A stretch of 64,000 bases of DNA from Octopus sinensis (lineage: Eukaryota), in assembly GCF_006345805.1 (NCBI RefSeq), contig NC_043015.1, positions 2,728,001-2,792,000 on the forward strand, read 5' to 3'. Shown in pieces: positions 1-12,547 of this stretch (positions are counted from its first letter, which is position 1; every line of letters begins with the position of its first letter). Made by a program: the position numbers and the translations under genes. The notes beneath the pieces are model-generated. The model saw nothing but the letters and a program-made list of their open reading frames with translations, made no database searches and was not told the origin of the DNA.

Positions 1-305
1 TACTACTACTACTGCCACTACTTCCACTAGTGCTGCTGAGGATGAAGATAATGATGATGCTACTAATACTACAACTACTATTATTAGTATTATTAATATT
101 TCTTCTTATTAATTATTATTATTATCATCATTATTATAATTATTATTATTATTATGATTATTATTATTATCATCATCATCATCGTCATCATTATTATTAT
201 TATTGATATTATCGTTATTAATGTTCTCATTATTATTCATTGCTAATATTTTTTTTGCACGTTCATTATTTGAGCACACCTAGTATGTTGATGATGATGA
301 TGATG
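1..305. repeat. Compound trinucleotide microsatellite (TAC/TAT/CAT/GAT)
   Basis: Direct reading: degenerate tactac, tattat, catcat and gatgat runs. Confidence 0.9.
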
Positions 306-1059
306 TTTACGACCACAATATTATTCTGGACGAATTTGAGAAGTGGGAAGGATGATCACAATGGCAGCACCGATCACGATATTGTCAGTGGAATGGCGTT
401 AATAACCATGATCTAGAACTGCTTATTTCCGTGATAATTCACGCCTCAAATGCAGATGCTGAGCGGATATACACACGATGGACGCTTTACGCAGGTCATA
501 CGATGTTAACGAAATTACATGAAGCCTATGTCTCAAAAACAGACGGAAATGTAATAGATCGTATCAAAGCACATTATAACTATAGAACTATATCCTGCTG
601 TATATTGATATAAAAGAACAACAAAACCATCTGAAGATTTTTTTTTAGCGATGATCTGAAAGATACACAGCTACATTACAGACAACTCCATAACTTTTTA
701 GGCATGCATATATATATGCACGTGTGAGCTTAGATATTCCTCTATATATATGTGTATAGGGATATGGATATATCTTTTTCTTTACTATTCTATGCTCTCA
801 TTTTATAATATAAAGGCGAGTGCATAATACTTGAGAGAATAACATTGGACAGGTACATTAGGTATATTGTTAATAAATTTCTATAAAAGAATTGGAAACA
901 GTGTCACCTCAAAGAGAAATATGGACACCGAACATGACGTGCATTCTATATATACGTAATATTAAGAAGTCGCTCTGCCCTAATTATTCTACGAAATAGT
1001 GGAAGATAGGAAAAAGAAACGTATTAGCGATTTCAAATGTTTTCATATTGCTCATCGTC

Positions 1060-1098
<39 letters not shown>

Positions 1099-1602
1099 GT
1101 ATATAAGCATATAATATGTACGACACTCTTCGTCCTTGGTATCGTAGTCTTCCGGATTACATATTTGTAAAATTAAAAAAACTAAAATGATGTTCTCTGG
1201 TTATATTTCATTCTGAACGAGATAAAGGAATGAGATGATGTCGGATAATGCAAATAGAAAGCATGGAAATAACTGTTGTGATTTTTGCGAATACTGGGAT
1301 GCCAAGCGGATAAGTCAGTCTTCTATATTTTCAGTGTAATTAATTGTAAGTGTTCATGAAGATTACGTCATTACGAAATTACAAGTGTAAGGAAAGAACT
1401 CATACGTGCTTATGCATACGATTTTTAGATTTCATCCTGCAGGAAAGATATTCCCTAAATTTCTGGTAAAATAACTAGTTTAAATAATGTTGCAAAATTA
1501 TTAAAGAATTAAGAAAAAGCATTTCAAATTATTCCCATGCATAGTTCCTGAGACGCCAGTGTTTCCCTCTGCGACTTTTCTCACACATTCTTTTACTCTG
1601 TA

Positions 1603-1717
1603 TGCTTATGTGCGTATATACATACATATATTTATGTAAATACATTCACATACACACACATACAAACACACACAAACATACATATATGTGTGTGTGTGTC
1701 TGTGTGTGTGTATGTAT

Positions 1718-1794
<77 letters not shown>

Positions 1795-1830
1795 CATATA
1801 TTTACATGCATGTGAATATCTATGTATATA
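1603..1830. repeat. (CA)/(TG)/(TA) compound microsatellite, representative of many similar tracts (e.g. 3565-3735, 7810-7945, 26660-26885, 29645-30160, 52583-52920, 61308-61490)
   Basis: Direct reading. These tracts produce the spurious [16 protein letters not shown] ORFs. Confidence 0.95.
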
Positions 1831-2269
1831 CATAGGGAGAATTCACGAAAAAAAACAAAATTCGTAGGCAGGTGCTGTAGAAAACAAACATATATATTAC
1901 ATTTATTCATTTTTGTGCAACTAAGGAATACTTTATTCCTTGGCGATGAGACCTACTTTGTATACGTTTAACACTGTTTTAGGTGTATCATTATTTTCTG
2001 CTGACTCTAGTATCGTTACTTTTACATATAGTGTGTCGTCTTATATGGACAGTACAAGGGTTATATAATATACATTTTCGATTAAGACTACTGCGCTACC
2101 TTTGTCGGCCTCTTTGATAGTGATTGCTTTATCATGTTTTAATCTCTCCCTGTCAACCCATTCGTTTTTGCTGAAGTTTGGCTTGCATTTTTGTTTGTGT
2201 ATAAGCTGATATGGGTAATTCCTGATGTGTTCGCAGTAATGGTCAAGAATTTTGTTCTTACATTTTGAT

Positions 2270-3108
2270 GGAGTGTAGTTACATTTAGTTCAGACTTAAG
2301 ATACATAATATCACACAAACTAGAGGATACACTTATCAGCAGGATCTGTCTACCATCACTAATTAATATAGGCTTTAAACGTGCACAACCACTCAACATC
2401 CACGAACTCAGACACCCCAAACGAAAGAAAGATTTACAGTCAAAAGCCCTACCATACATATCTACGCACAAGTCTCTAAACAATGAGACCTTCGACACCA
2501 TCCTCTTTAAAATCTCTTTCCTAAAACGGCACTATATAATTTATTACATATTCAAATTACACACCAACATACAGTGCAAAAGTCAACCCAACTCAATGAA
2601 AATTATTCTAACACAGGCCCAAGTACACTTGCCAACAATATCATAACCGACAGAAAAAAATGCAGAATACCTGACTGTGGTATATGTGTCAAGGCGGCGA
2701 ACTGGCAGAATCGTTAGCACGCCGGGAAAAATACATAGCCGTATTTCGTCTGCCGTTACGTTCTGAGTTCAAATTCCGTCGAGTCGACTTAACTTTTCAT
2801 CCTTTCGGGGTCGATAAATTCAGTACCAGTTCCGCACTGGGGTCGATGTAATCGACTTAATCCGTTTGTCCGTCCTTGTTTGTCCCCTCTGTGTTTAGCC
2901 CCTTTGTGGGTAGTAAAGAAATAGGTATATGTGTAAAACTAATAGAGGGATCGGAATAATTTTTCAAACAGGGACAACGTTTCACAGTGAAAAACAACTT
3001 CACATGTACTTCGGGAAACCTAATATACGTATTAACTAACTGAGAGTGACGAGGACAATATATTGGTCAAACTAATCGTGGTTTACGTCAGAGGATGACG
3101 GTACATAC
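2270..3108 (+). mobile_element. Penelope-like retroelement relic: RT C-terminal/linker region plus GIY-YIG endonuclease (pseudogene), interrupted by a SINE
   Basis: Manual translation gives LPSLINIGFKRAQPLNIHELRHPK..ALPYISTH..CKSQPNSMKIILTQAQ, then KKCRIPDCGIC[SINE]VKLIEGSE*FFKQGQRFTVK/NNFTCTSGNLIYVLTN*E*RGQYIGQTNRGLRQRMTVH. This is the PLE Cys knuckle plus NLIY..YIGQT..LRxR..H motif set, with stops and a frameshift. Confidence 0.85.
2691..2923 (+). mobile_element. SINE family A (about 233 bp, no poly-A tail), full length, with an 11-bp target-site duplication
   Basis: Head ggcggcgaactggcagaatcgttagc, B-box-like gagttcaaatt, 3' end gtagtaaagaaata. GGTATATGTGT is present at 2679-2689 and 2924-2934. 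Homologous copies at 5617 and 40455. Confidence 0.9.
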
Positions 3109-3579
3109 ATACATCATCTTCCTCACCTCCTCCTCATCGTCATTATCATCATCGTCTTCCTCTCCTTCCTCTTCTTCTTCTTTTTTCTCTTCTCCCACTT
3201 TTTCTCCTCCCTCCATTGCTCTTGCTTAAACCATCAATTGTCTTTACCCATACTATTCCATCAATTTTTCTACTAAGCCCCTACTCACTTACTTGATATT
3301 CACAATAGAAAAGAGATAGAGAGAGAGAGAGACGAAGAGACAGACAGACAGACCGCTCGAAAGCTATAATAACATTTACCTATTAAAAGACTAAACAAAT
3401 ATGTATAAGACATTTCCTTTTTCTTACTTTTCTCTTAGTTGCAAAGTCTAAAATGATGTAAACCGGTACAAAAACTTAATCACAAAGTTATTTTATTTTT
3501 TTCTTCCTACCTTTTTTTTTATTTTCCTTATACATATCAACTCGTGTGTTACTTTTCTCCTTTCTACACACACACACTC

Positions 3580-3612
<33 letters not shown>

Positions 3613-3640
3613 CTCATATATATATGTATGTATGTATATG

Positions 3641-3737
<97 letters not shown>

Positions 3738-5094
3738 GCGCCCTCTTCATGGTGAAAATTTGGTATAAACAAGGCAGTTAACTTTGGCTTGACTAATTGG
3801 AAACGATGCATATTAATAAAATTCCCATGTTGAATGTATTCTGTTATTTATCCATATATGCCAAAACAACTACATCTATGAAAGCACTACTATGATTTAA
3901 TAGGTAACTATTAGAGAATATACACTCTTTCCAGCATAATTTTCTTGTATATTTTATATGTGCTATAAATATAACGGATTAGTTTGAATAAACAAGTAAC
4001 ACCATTATCGCTAATTATTTTATCGACCAGGGAATACATAACGTTAACTACCCAAGGATTTAATGGCAGATGTTCAGTGATACGTTCCTAAATCAGACAC
4101 CGGTCTATTTCGTCTGGCTAATACTATTTCAGACACATTGTGTCTACAGAGACTTGGTAATAGACAAATAATAGCAGCCAGTGCTTGTTGAGGGGTAATT
4201 TTTTTCATTATGTTGATCTGTTTTTCGATAAAAATCAAACGCTGTACTTTGCTTTATTCTTTCTAAGTAATGAACAACAGTAATATATAACATACTTAGG
4301 GAATAGCCATAATGCAGTCAATGTACCTATCAACCTAAATGTACATTGTTAGAAATACATCAGAACAGAATCGACCAATTTACTGATTAATAACTTAAAA
4401 TATCACATAGAGAAAAGCGTTCTAAATCCAGGGACGGCGGAGTGTCTTAGAATGTTAATATCTGAAAGGGGGTTTAGTTGTATTGTATTAGGCATTCTAG
4501 CCAAAGCTAAGTAAATACTTTAAAAGAGTGGCTCAACAAAATGAGCAACGGATTCTGGGTTATGGAAATTGTGACACAAAATTATTCACTTCCTTAAATC
4601 TGTTTTCTTCTTGATAAATGTTCCCTAAAATATTGTAAATGTGTGATGTAACAGAGTATACGAATTATATTAGTATACTAGAAACATTATCACGGGAATT
4701 TGATAAAGACTTCCGAATTTCATATATATAATATATGGATAATATTAGTGAGACATTTGATACGTTTTACTAGGTAACGAGAAATAACACTACCAGAAAT
4801 TTATTAAAAACTATATGTAATTTATCTATAAACATGATTAATCATATGTAATCACGATTGAATACAATGTAATTCTCTCGTTTATATATAACAAGGCTAC
4901 ATTATTGAATAGGAATTACATAATATAGTAATCGTATAATATAAATACCAACAGTAGCATTTTCAGAGACAGGAGATTGCTTGTGTATACAATCTGTAAT
5001 GCTGAGACTACTCCTTCACACCGAAAACACGAATTTCTATAGTATTTACTCTCTCTCTGTCTCTCTCTCTCTCTCTCTCTCCCTCTCTTACTCC

Positions 5095-5448
5095 TTTAAT
5101 TCTTTCACTCATTCGACTGCGGCGATGCTGGAGCACCGCCTTTAGTTGAGCAAATCGACCCCAGGGTTTCTGTAAGCCTAGTACTTATGATATCGGTACC
5201 TTCTGCCGAACCGCTAAGTTACGGGGACGTAACACACCAGCACTGGTTGTCAAGCGATGTTGGGGCACAAACACAGACATACAAACATATACATAGACAT
5301 ACACATATATACATATATACGACGGGCGTCTTTCAGTTTCCGTCTACCAAATCCACTCAGAAGGCTTTGGTTACCCAAGGTGCCATACAGTTTTACTGAA
5401 CCGAGAAATATGTGGTTGGTAAGCAAGCTACTTACCACAACTGCGCCT
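5095..5448 (-). mobile_element. SINE family C (tRNA-like head, internal (TA)/(TG) tract, ggcggtgctccagcat tail)
   Basis: Reverse complement matches the copies at 31705 and 62532 over head, gacggaaactgaaaga core and tail. Carries an internal deletion. Confidence 0.85.
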
Positions 5449-5616
5449 ATCTTGATATTGATTTTAAACTTTAGCACATTTTGGGTGATAGAGAAAATTC
5501 AATTACACGGACACTAGTGACCTGCTACTATTTGTTAGCTCCACATCTAAAAGAATGAAAAGAAAATTTAAACGCAGTGGAATTTGAACTGAGGACATAA
5601 AGACTGGCAAAATACC

Positions 5617-5848
5617 TATTTCTTTACTACCCACAAGGGGCTAAACAGAGAGGGGACAAACAAGGACAGACAAGCGGATTAGTCGATTATATCAACCCCA
5701 GTGCATAACTGGTACTTATTTAATCGACCCCGAAAGGATGAAAGGCAAAGTCGACCTCGGCGGAATTTGAACTCAGAACGTAGCGACAGACGAATTACGG
5801 CTACGCATTTCGTCCAGCGTGCGAACGTTTCTGCCAACTCACCGCCTT
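5617..5848 (-). mobile_element. SINE family A, full length, nested in an older related SINE, with an 18-bp TSD
   Basis: Reverse complement of the 2691 copy. TSD aaagactggcaaaatacc (5599-5616) versus aaagactgacacaatacc (5849-5866). Host SINE remnants lie at about 5572-5616 and 5849-5895. Confidence 0.9.
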
Positions 5849-5914
5849 AAAGACTGACACAATACCGCTAAGCAATTTGCCCACTGCGCTTACGGGTATG
5901 ATAAATCTCCGTCT

Positions 5915-6260
5915 TAATTTGTTTCCCGTTATCAGTTTCAACTTTAGCACTGGCATGGGAGTAAATCGACTACATACACCCTAGTGTTCAACTAGTGCTT
6001 ACTTTATCGACCCCGAAAGTATGAAGGACAAACGCAACCAAGACAGAGTTTGAACACGAAATTAAAGACGGACGCGGTATGCTATCGACCCTGACAGTTC
6101 AACGCTTTCTGAACAAGAACAACAATACAAATAACAACAGCAGCAATAGTGTTCGTGGTGGTGTTTTCGAATTTAGGTGACTGAGCAGCATGGAGTGGGT
6201 AAGTCGAGAGTAGACTACATCGACTCCTGTACTCAAATGATATTTTATCTAATCGGGGTT
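5915..6260. mobile_element. Degenerate fragments of A-related SINEs
   Basis: Motifs atcgac, tttatcgaccccgaaag and tttgaac shared with family A, heavily diverged. Confidence 0.5.
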
Positions 6261-7820
6261 GTCAAAATTTTACTATTCTGCCAGCCTAGGTTGTTATAAC
6301 CAGTTACCAGAGCCCGAAAGTTTAGTGAGGTTGCTGTAATTCTATTTTCAATTCAAAGTAAATTCCGATTATATAAGTTAAAATTCTATCGACTAAATCT
6401 CAATTCCCAAGCTTTTATTTTCTCCTTATATGTTGTGGTATGGGGAGGGAGTTATGTGAAAAAGCCTTGAATATAATAATCAACTGCGAAGAAGTGAATA
6501 TATAAACGCCATCTATCTATCTATCTAACTATCGGTCCTCTCACTCTCTCTCTCTCCCCCTCTCTCTCTCTCTATATATATATATATATGTATGTATTTA
6601 TATACATATGTATATATATGTAATTATATACATATATGTAGATATATATTTAAGTGTATACATGTATGTGAGCAAGTGTCTATGTCTGTGTCACTATGTG
6701 TGTTAATTGAAGTGTGATATTGAGTGCGTCGTTAAACTTTTCTATAATTAATGTGAGACACAAAGTAAACAACCGAGATGTAATTATATTGTGGTAAACT
6801 TTTTTTCAGTCACTTTAAACATGATTTACCTTAAATTATATCAAACCTTGTAATGATACTATTAAACCTTAAGTCTATTTTTCTAAACTTTTTTAAACGA
6901 TATTCATCGATTTGTTTTACGTCTCCAAAATTGTAAGAGACACCCACTTCAAAGCATATAATTTTAAGATATTGAGATCATAAATATGTTTCATGCAACT
7001 CTGTAATAATGTCAGTTTTTGAAAATAATTATATTTACCAACAAACGTTCCTGCAAAAAAAAATGTATATGTTAATATAGTAATAAAAAATAATGCTATT
7101 AGATACAGTTTGTTACCTACCAAAATATGGCTTTCATTTTGAACTAAACTATATTATCATATTGTTCGGAATATATGACCACAAAGTAATTGCATTTGTG
7201 AAGGTGATACCTCCGGCTTTGTGGGTTTTGATTCATATTAGCGATTTTACTGCCATTCTCTTTTAAATGAACAGTACTTCAAAATGCAATTATTTTGACA
7301 ATATATATTAATATCTAAAGATAAATATAGCATAAATGACTGGTTTACTATGATTCCTGGGAGACCGTTAATGTGGCTGTAATGATTTAGTTATATCTAG
7401 AGATTTAAATAATTTGATATATTTTAGTATCACTTTTATATATTTTAGTTTTCAATTTACGACCTTCTTCAAACGGGACGTAACTAGCTGCACCAAAACA
7501 TTCAAGAAAAAAATGTCTTTCTCTCTTTTTATTATCCTTATACTCTCTCGCCCACGTTATCTCTTGGCGACTGAATATTTGATTACGCATTACCGGTTAT
7601 TTTGGTTTCAATTGAGAACTTATTTTTTCTAAATGTGAGGATAGATTCCAGTGCCAATATGTGGATGTCCCTGTGTACAGTGTGTACATCTGCTTGTTAG
7701 AACCTGTTTTCATGCAACTGCGACCATAATGACTAAAAGATATACTTTATATTTTTCATCTCTCCCTCGCTTTCTCTGTAACTCCTCTCTATCTATCTTT
7801 CTCTGCTTATATATATGTGT

Positions 7821-7948
<128 letters not shown>

Positions 7949-10312
7949 GAGGGAGAGAGAGTAGATCAATTATATATGCACATACTCACACACGTATATT
8001 ATGTGTGTGTGTCTGGTTTACTGATATAGAATCAATGATTTCTATATATTCCGTCTTACTACTTTGAGTTAACATACATTTGTTTTCCTGTACAACACCC
8101 AATAGATGTTTCTGTCGATTATGCAAACGCAAATATTTTGTTCAAAAATTATCTGAACGACCTATTGTTCAAAGAAATGCCATAAAGAGATTTCAGTCAA
8201 CTTAGAAATCAAACTAAACCATAAAACTTCTTCGGAATATAACGAGAAGTTCTGATTTAATTTCATATAATTATACTCATTTTACATCTGTGTATATGAC
8301 ATTATTCTATAAATTTTCCATTGTTTAAGAAATATATTTCCTCCCCTCGATAATTGCGAAATTGGCAAAGATAGATGCTTAGATTGTTTACAATTGGATG
8401 GATAAGCCATCGAGTGTGAAATCATATAACAATATTGTGTTCTGTTCTAACAGGAATACTATGATTACAAATACGGTGTGAAATAAAAGTCAATTAATTT
8501 ATTATAATTATCATTCTTTGTATGTTTATATCCTATGAGATGTTATATATTATTCACCTACATGCGTTTTTGCAGTTGTTCCCGATTTTATTCTCGTTTG
8601 CCATCTATGATAATAATCAATATCGAGTAGATTGCATGTTGGGGAACAAATATAAAATATAAAATAAAAGCGCAGGAAATATGTTTGTAAAAATATTCCC
8701 TTAATAATTGCTACTTTAATGAGTTTAAAATCGTTTGTGCTATAGCTAGCATTTGGCTATGATTTCAAGTTCTTTTTTCTTCCCCTTTGAAACCTCTTAA
8801 AATATTTCTATGATGGATATATGACATGGCATTTCATTTCGCTATACACATCAGTAATCATTAAATATATCTTCCCTTATCACCTATAAGGAGTGGAGGA
8901 GAAAGGGTCTCTCGTTATAGGATCATGTCTTTATACTTAATATCATTTTAAAGATTAATGTTCTACAGGATTTAAACATATGCCAATCGCTTTAACATGT
9001 ACACTAGATACGTTGAAAAGTATAGGAATTAATGCACTTCAAAAGAGCTAGGAAGTTAGTCTCTCTAACTATTCCTTCTCTATTCTAGCACTTTTTCCAG
9101 ATTGTCACAACGGGCAGTGTTCATAAAGCTCAAAGATTGTATTTTTTTATGTAAAGCAGCATTTAATAGAATAGGTCAATGGGAAAACGTTATTTTACAG
9201 TGTTAAGGCCAAACGAAACCAAACGGGAGATATACTGAGGACTAAATCGCGTACAAAGCCTTTTAGTTAAGAGGACAGCGAGCACTAGAGGAGCGATATG
9301 TTAGTCACATAAAGGTGGAAATCGTTAGTCATCTAATGGATCTGTCGGTAATGAATGATCCTACGCTCTTGAATAATATATGATATATCAGGTAAGTATG
9401 GAAGTAGCTTTACGATTATATCCCTACTTTTGAGCAGCCGAATTCCTGCAGCTGGGGATTTAAGTTTCAAAAGTTTTACATGTATTAAGTCATTGTATAC
9501 GCAATATCACATTTACCATGATTATCAGTGCGAGATTTGCCTATTAAAAAAGGAAAAGAAGTGCTTAATTACATATTGTCAAATCTGAGAATGTGTGATG
9601 CGGCTTATTGTATTTTGATGTGATTATGTAATTGCGCCGTGGATCGAGTAAGAATGGATTCGCGATGTTAAAATAGCGTTCGAAAATCCCTCAATTTTCT
9701 TCTTGTTTTATTACCACTAACAGAACATACACGACACTATCGACTAAGATAATGTTCCATTAAAGCTAACTTGTGTATAAGCAAAAAAAAGGGAGAGAAA
9801 GAGAAAGAAAAAGAAAAAGAAAAACAAGACGGCAGTGTCCATAGCCATATCTTGTGTTGTTACAATCATGATGCAGAAAATGTTGTTACCTCTCAGTAGA
9901 TGTCGATGAATAAATTTACTTGCGTTTTTCTTTTCTAACTTGATATGCCTTTTGCTTTTCCACACGTTTAGAGTTCACATAAGATGCTTGAGTATATTAC
10001 ACATAAACAAATATTCATAGAATACTATCGATATTCAGCTTAGGACTAGATGCATCACCGAATGCAAGGTTATTACGGTTCAAATGATTTGGATGCATTA
10101 CAGATCAGCTGGATACGTTATTTATTTGATAAATATAGCCTATGTGTGAGGCAGTATACCACACATTTATTTTCAAACTATTGTTCTTACAACATTGATA
10201 CTGCGCGTCACATGTGAATTGCGTGAACAAGCAGGTAAAATATATAATTCAAAGATGCTAGTATAGCGAAAGTATATCGGTCTAAATAGCAGCTAAATTA
10301 TAAAGATTCTCA

Positions 10313-10510
10313 AGCCAGCGATCTGGCAGAATCGTTAGCTTGCCGGGAAAAATGCCTAGCGGTACTTCGTCCGGGTCTACCTTCTATGCTCAAATGTCAC
10401 CGGAATCGACTCTGCATTTCGTTCTTTTGGGGCTCAATAAAATGAGTACCAGTTAAACACTGGGGACGATATAATCGACAAATCTCATTTCCCGAAATTT
10501 CTGGTTAAAA
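10313..10510 (+). mobile_element. A-related SINE (subfamily A2, different 3' tail), diverged
   Basis: ctggcagaatcgttagc..atgcctagcggtacttcgtc..gtaccagtt..ctgggg.cgatataatcgac aligns with family A, then diverges. Confidence 0.8.
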
Positions 10511-10544
10511 AGTGAACTTATGCGGTACATTATATAAAATACCG

Positions 10545-11250
10545 GTCTTTGGACGCTTGTAGCGCAGGGTTGGACGATCCTTTTCTTTGGATCGATTTCC
10601 AGTCCCCGGTTTGGAAGTTCCTTATGCTGCATGTTGCTGGCTACTTTTGGTCCATACATAGACAGCTCTATCATGTTGTGATCCGTAACTAATATTGGCG
10701 TCACGAACGATGACCATATTGTTTGTGAATCAGAGATCCAAAATGTTATTCGCTCTCGTTGGCCTGAGTACAACTTGCTCCATGAATAGGGCATTGGTGG
10801 TGTTGAGGAGGGACTTCACCTGTGATTGTGGGCAATGAGTTATGGGGACCAATTGATGTTGGGGAATTTGAAATCACCCATAAGAAATACGCGCTTATGT
10901 TGTTCAATTTTCAGTAAGGTTTCTTTAATTCTTCTGGGGTAATCATTAAACTTCCCTATGTGATTTGGAGAATCCAGTTGGAGATATGCATTGCATATGA
11001 CTATATTGTGTTGTCTTATGTATACAATTAGAGTGTCACATGCTGAATTTAAGTATGACAATAAGACATGAGGTGTGTGGTCTTCACGAATATATACAGC
11101 AACTCCACCAGGCTCCTTTCCCTTCTGGTCTGTTCCCAATATGATATATTTTGGTACGTGTACTTATCCATCCTGTATATTAGAGCTCAGCTGAGTTTCA
11201 ACGGGTGCTATGCATAGGGCTATATTGCATACAAGCATGGAATCTCAGGA
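10545..11250 (-). mobile_element. LINE relic, apurinic-type endonuclease domain (CR1/Jockey-like), RT missing
   Basis: Motifs GGVAVYIR, VFLMGDFKFPNINW, MEQVVLRPTRANNILDL*FTNN, TDHNMIE and NFQTGDWKSI across frameshifted frames. Confidence 0.85.
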
Positions 11251-11434
11251 AAAAAATTGCGTTTGTTGTGATGCAACAGGCCCCCAATATTTAGTAAAAA
11301 GAATATATTAGCGTGACGACCGTGCAGGAGTTAAGGGACGCAATCCCGTGTCTGTTGATTGTAGTAATCTTGCGCAGTGGTGAGCAAAGTTCAGCTACTG
11401 CACAATCTGTTTTGCCATGCACAGATATAAATGC

Positions 11435-11473
<39 letters not shown>

Positions 11474-12498
11474 CATAAGGGACTAAAGCCATCTGAATAT
11501 GGCTAGGGACAGGGCAGGGTGGTGGGGGGGTTACTGTTGCATTTAGCCCCAGGCGAACATCAACGTCGCCAGATAGGCTTGACACCATCACGGCGTCCTC
11601 TATCCTCCAAAGGGAGATAATTCCCCGATGAAGCGGAAACCACACAGGGACCTAGGTTTCAAGGTGTTTGCCTATTATCAACGTATGGTAGGCGCCGCTT
11701 CCTCGACGAACAACTCACTCTGCAGGATATTTATATATAGATTTTCAAGCAAAATACATTTGCTGATTTCGAAAATATGTTATATATATATATGTATATG
11801 TATTATAACTATAACACTCTGGCATATTCCTTCGTCGGATATTAAGAGAGAAATGTTCAAGAAAAATGGAATAGGAAGGGAATAAAAGATATAAGATAAG
11901 ATAGAAATTACCAGTGAGAGTTACCTGGGTAATGCACTTGTTCGATCTCTTACTAAGCTGAATTATTATTTGGGGATTATTGTGATGTTTAGTGATAGAT
12001 GAGCACCTGTAGGCATACTCGTATATGTTTCAATATCTCTGTGTTTGGTTGTGCGACGGTACGTAAGGATACGTGAGCAAATGACGTGTGTGTACGTTTC
12101 GTGTTTGTGTATGTCTGTGTATGTGTGTGTGTTTGTGTGTGTGAGAATTTGTACGTGTGTGTATTGGAGATACGTCAGTGCTAACTACGTGACCTTACCA
12201 GTGTCTCTACGAAAAGCAAAGAGCTGGTATTTGAATACTAGTTCAGCATCAAAAAGATTCTCCATGTATATTGAGATATCATACTTGATTATTTTATCAT
12301 TATGTTTAAGGAAAATGATAAAATGTACTTAAAGACTAAGACGCACATATATGTATGTATGCATGTATGTATACATAAATCAATACATGAATGACTATAA
12401 TATACGTTCAATCTCCTCATATAAACATACATGCATTATTTCATAGATACACATATGCGCACTCACATTAACATGCACACACGCAACTATATATGTAT

Positions 12499-12547
<49 letters not shown>

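Noticed and set aside
625-670. CTGAAGA..GAAA string
   Set aside because: No stem I or stem III pairing; chance match. The same applies to CTGATGA at about 15763 (inside the mariner), 50197 and 59464.
1602-1910. ORFs rich in YI/CV/HT repeats, here and throughout the window
   Set aside because: Translations of dinucleotide microsatellites that are open only because they lack stop codons.
11520-11640. GC-rich block with hairpins, considered as an HDV-like ribozyme or hammerhead (ccgatgaagcggaaac)
   Set aside because: Only 10 nt lie between the putative P1 strands, too few for the HDV nested pseudoknot. The HHR-like string has no stem II.
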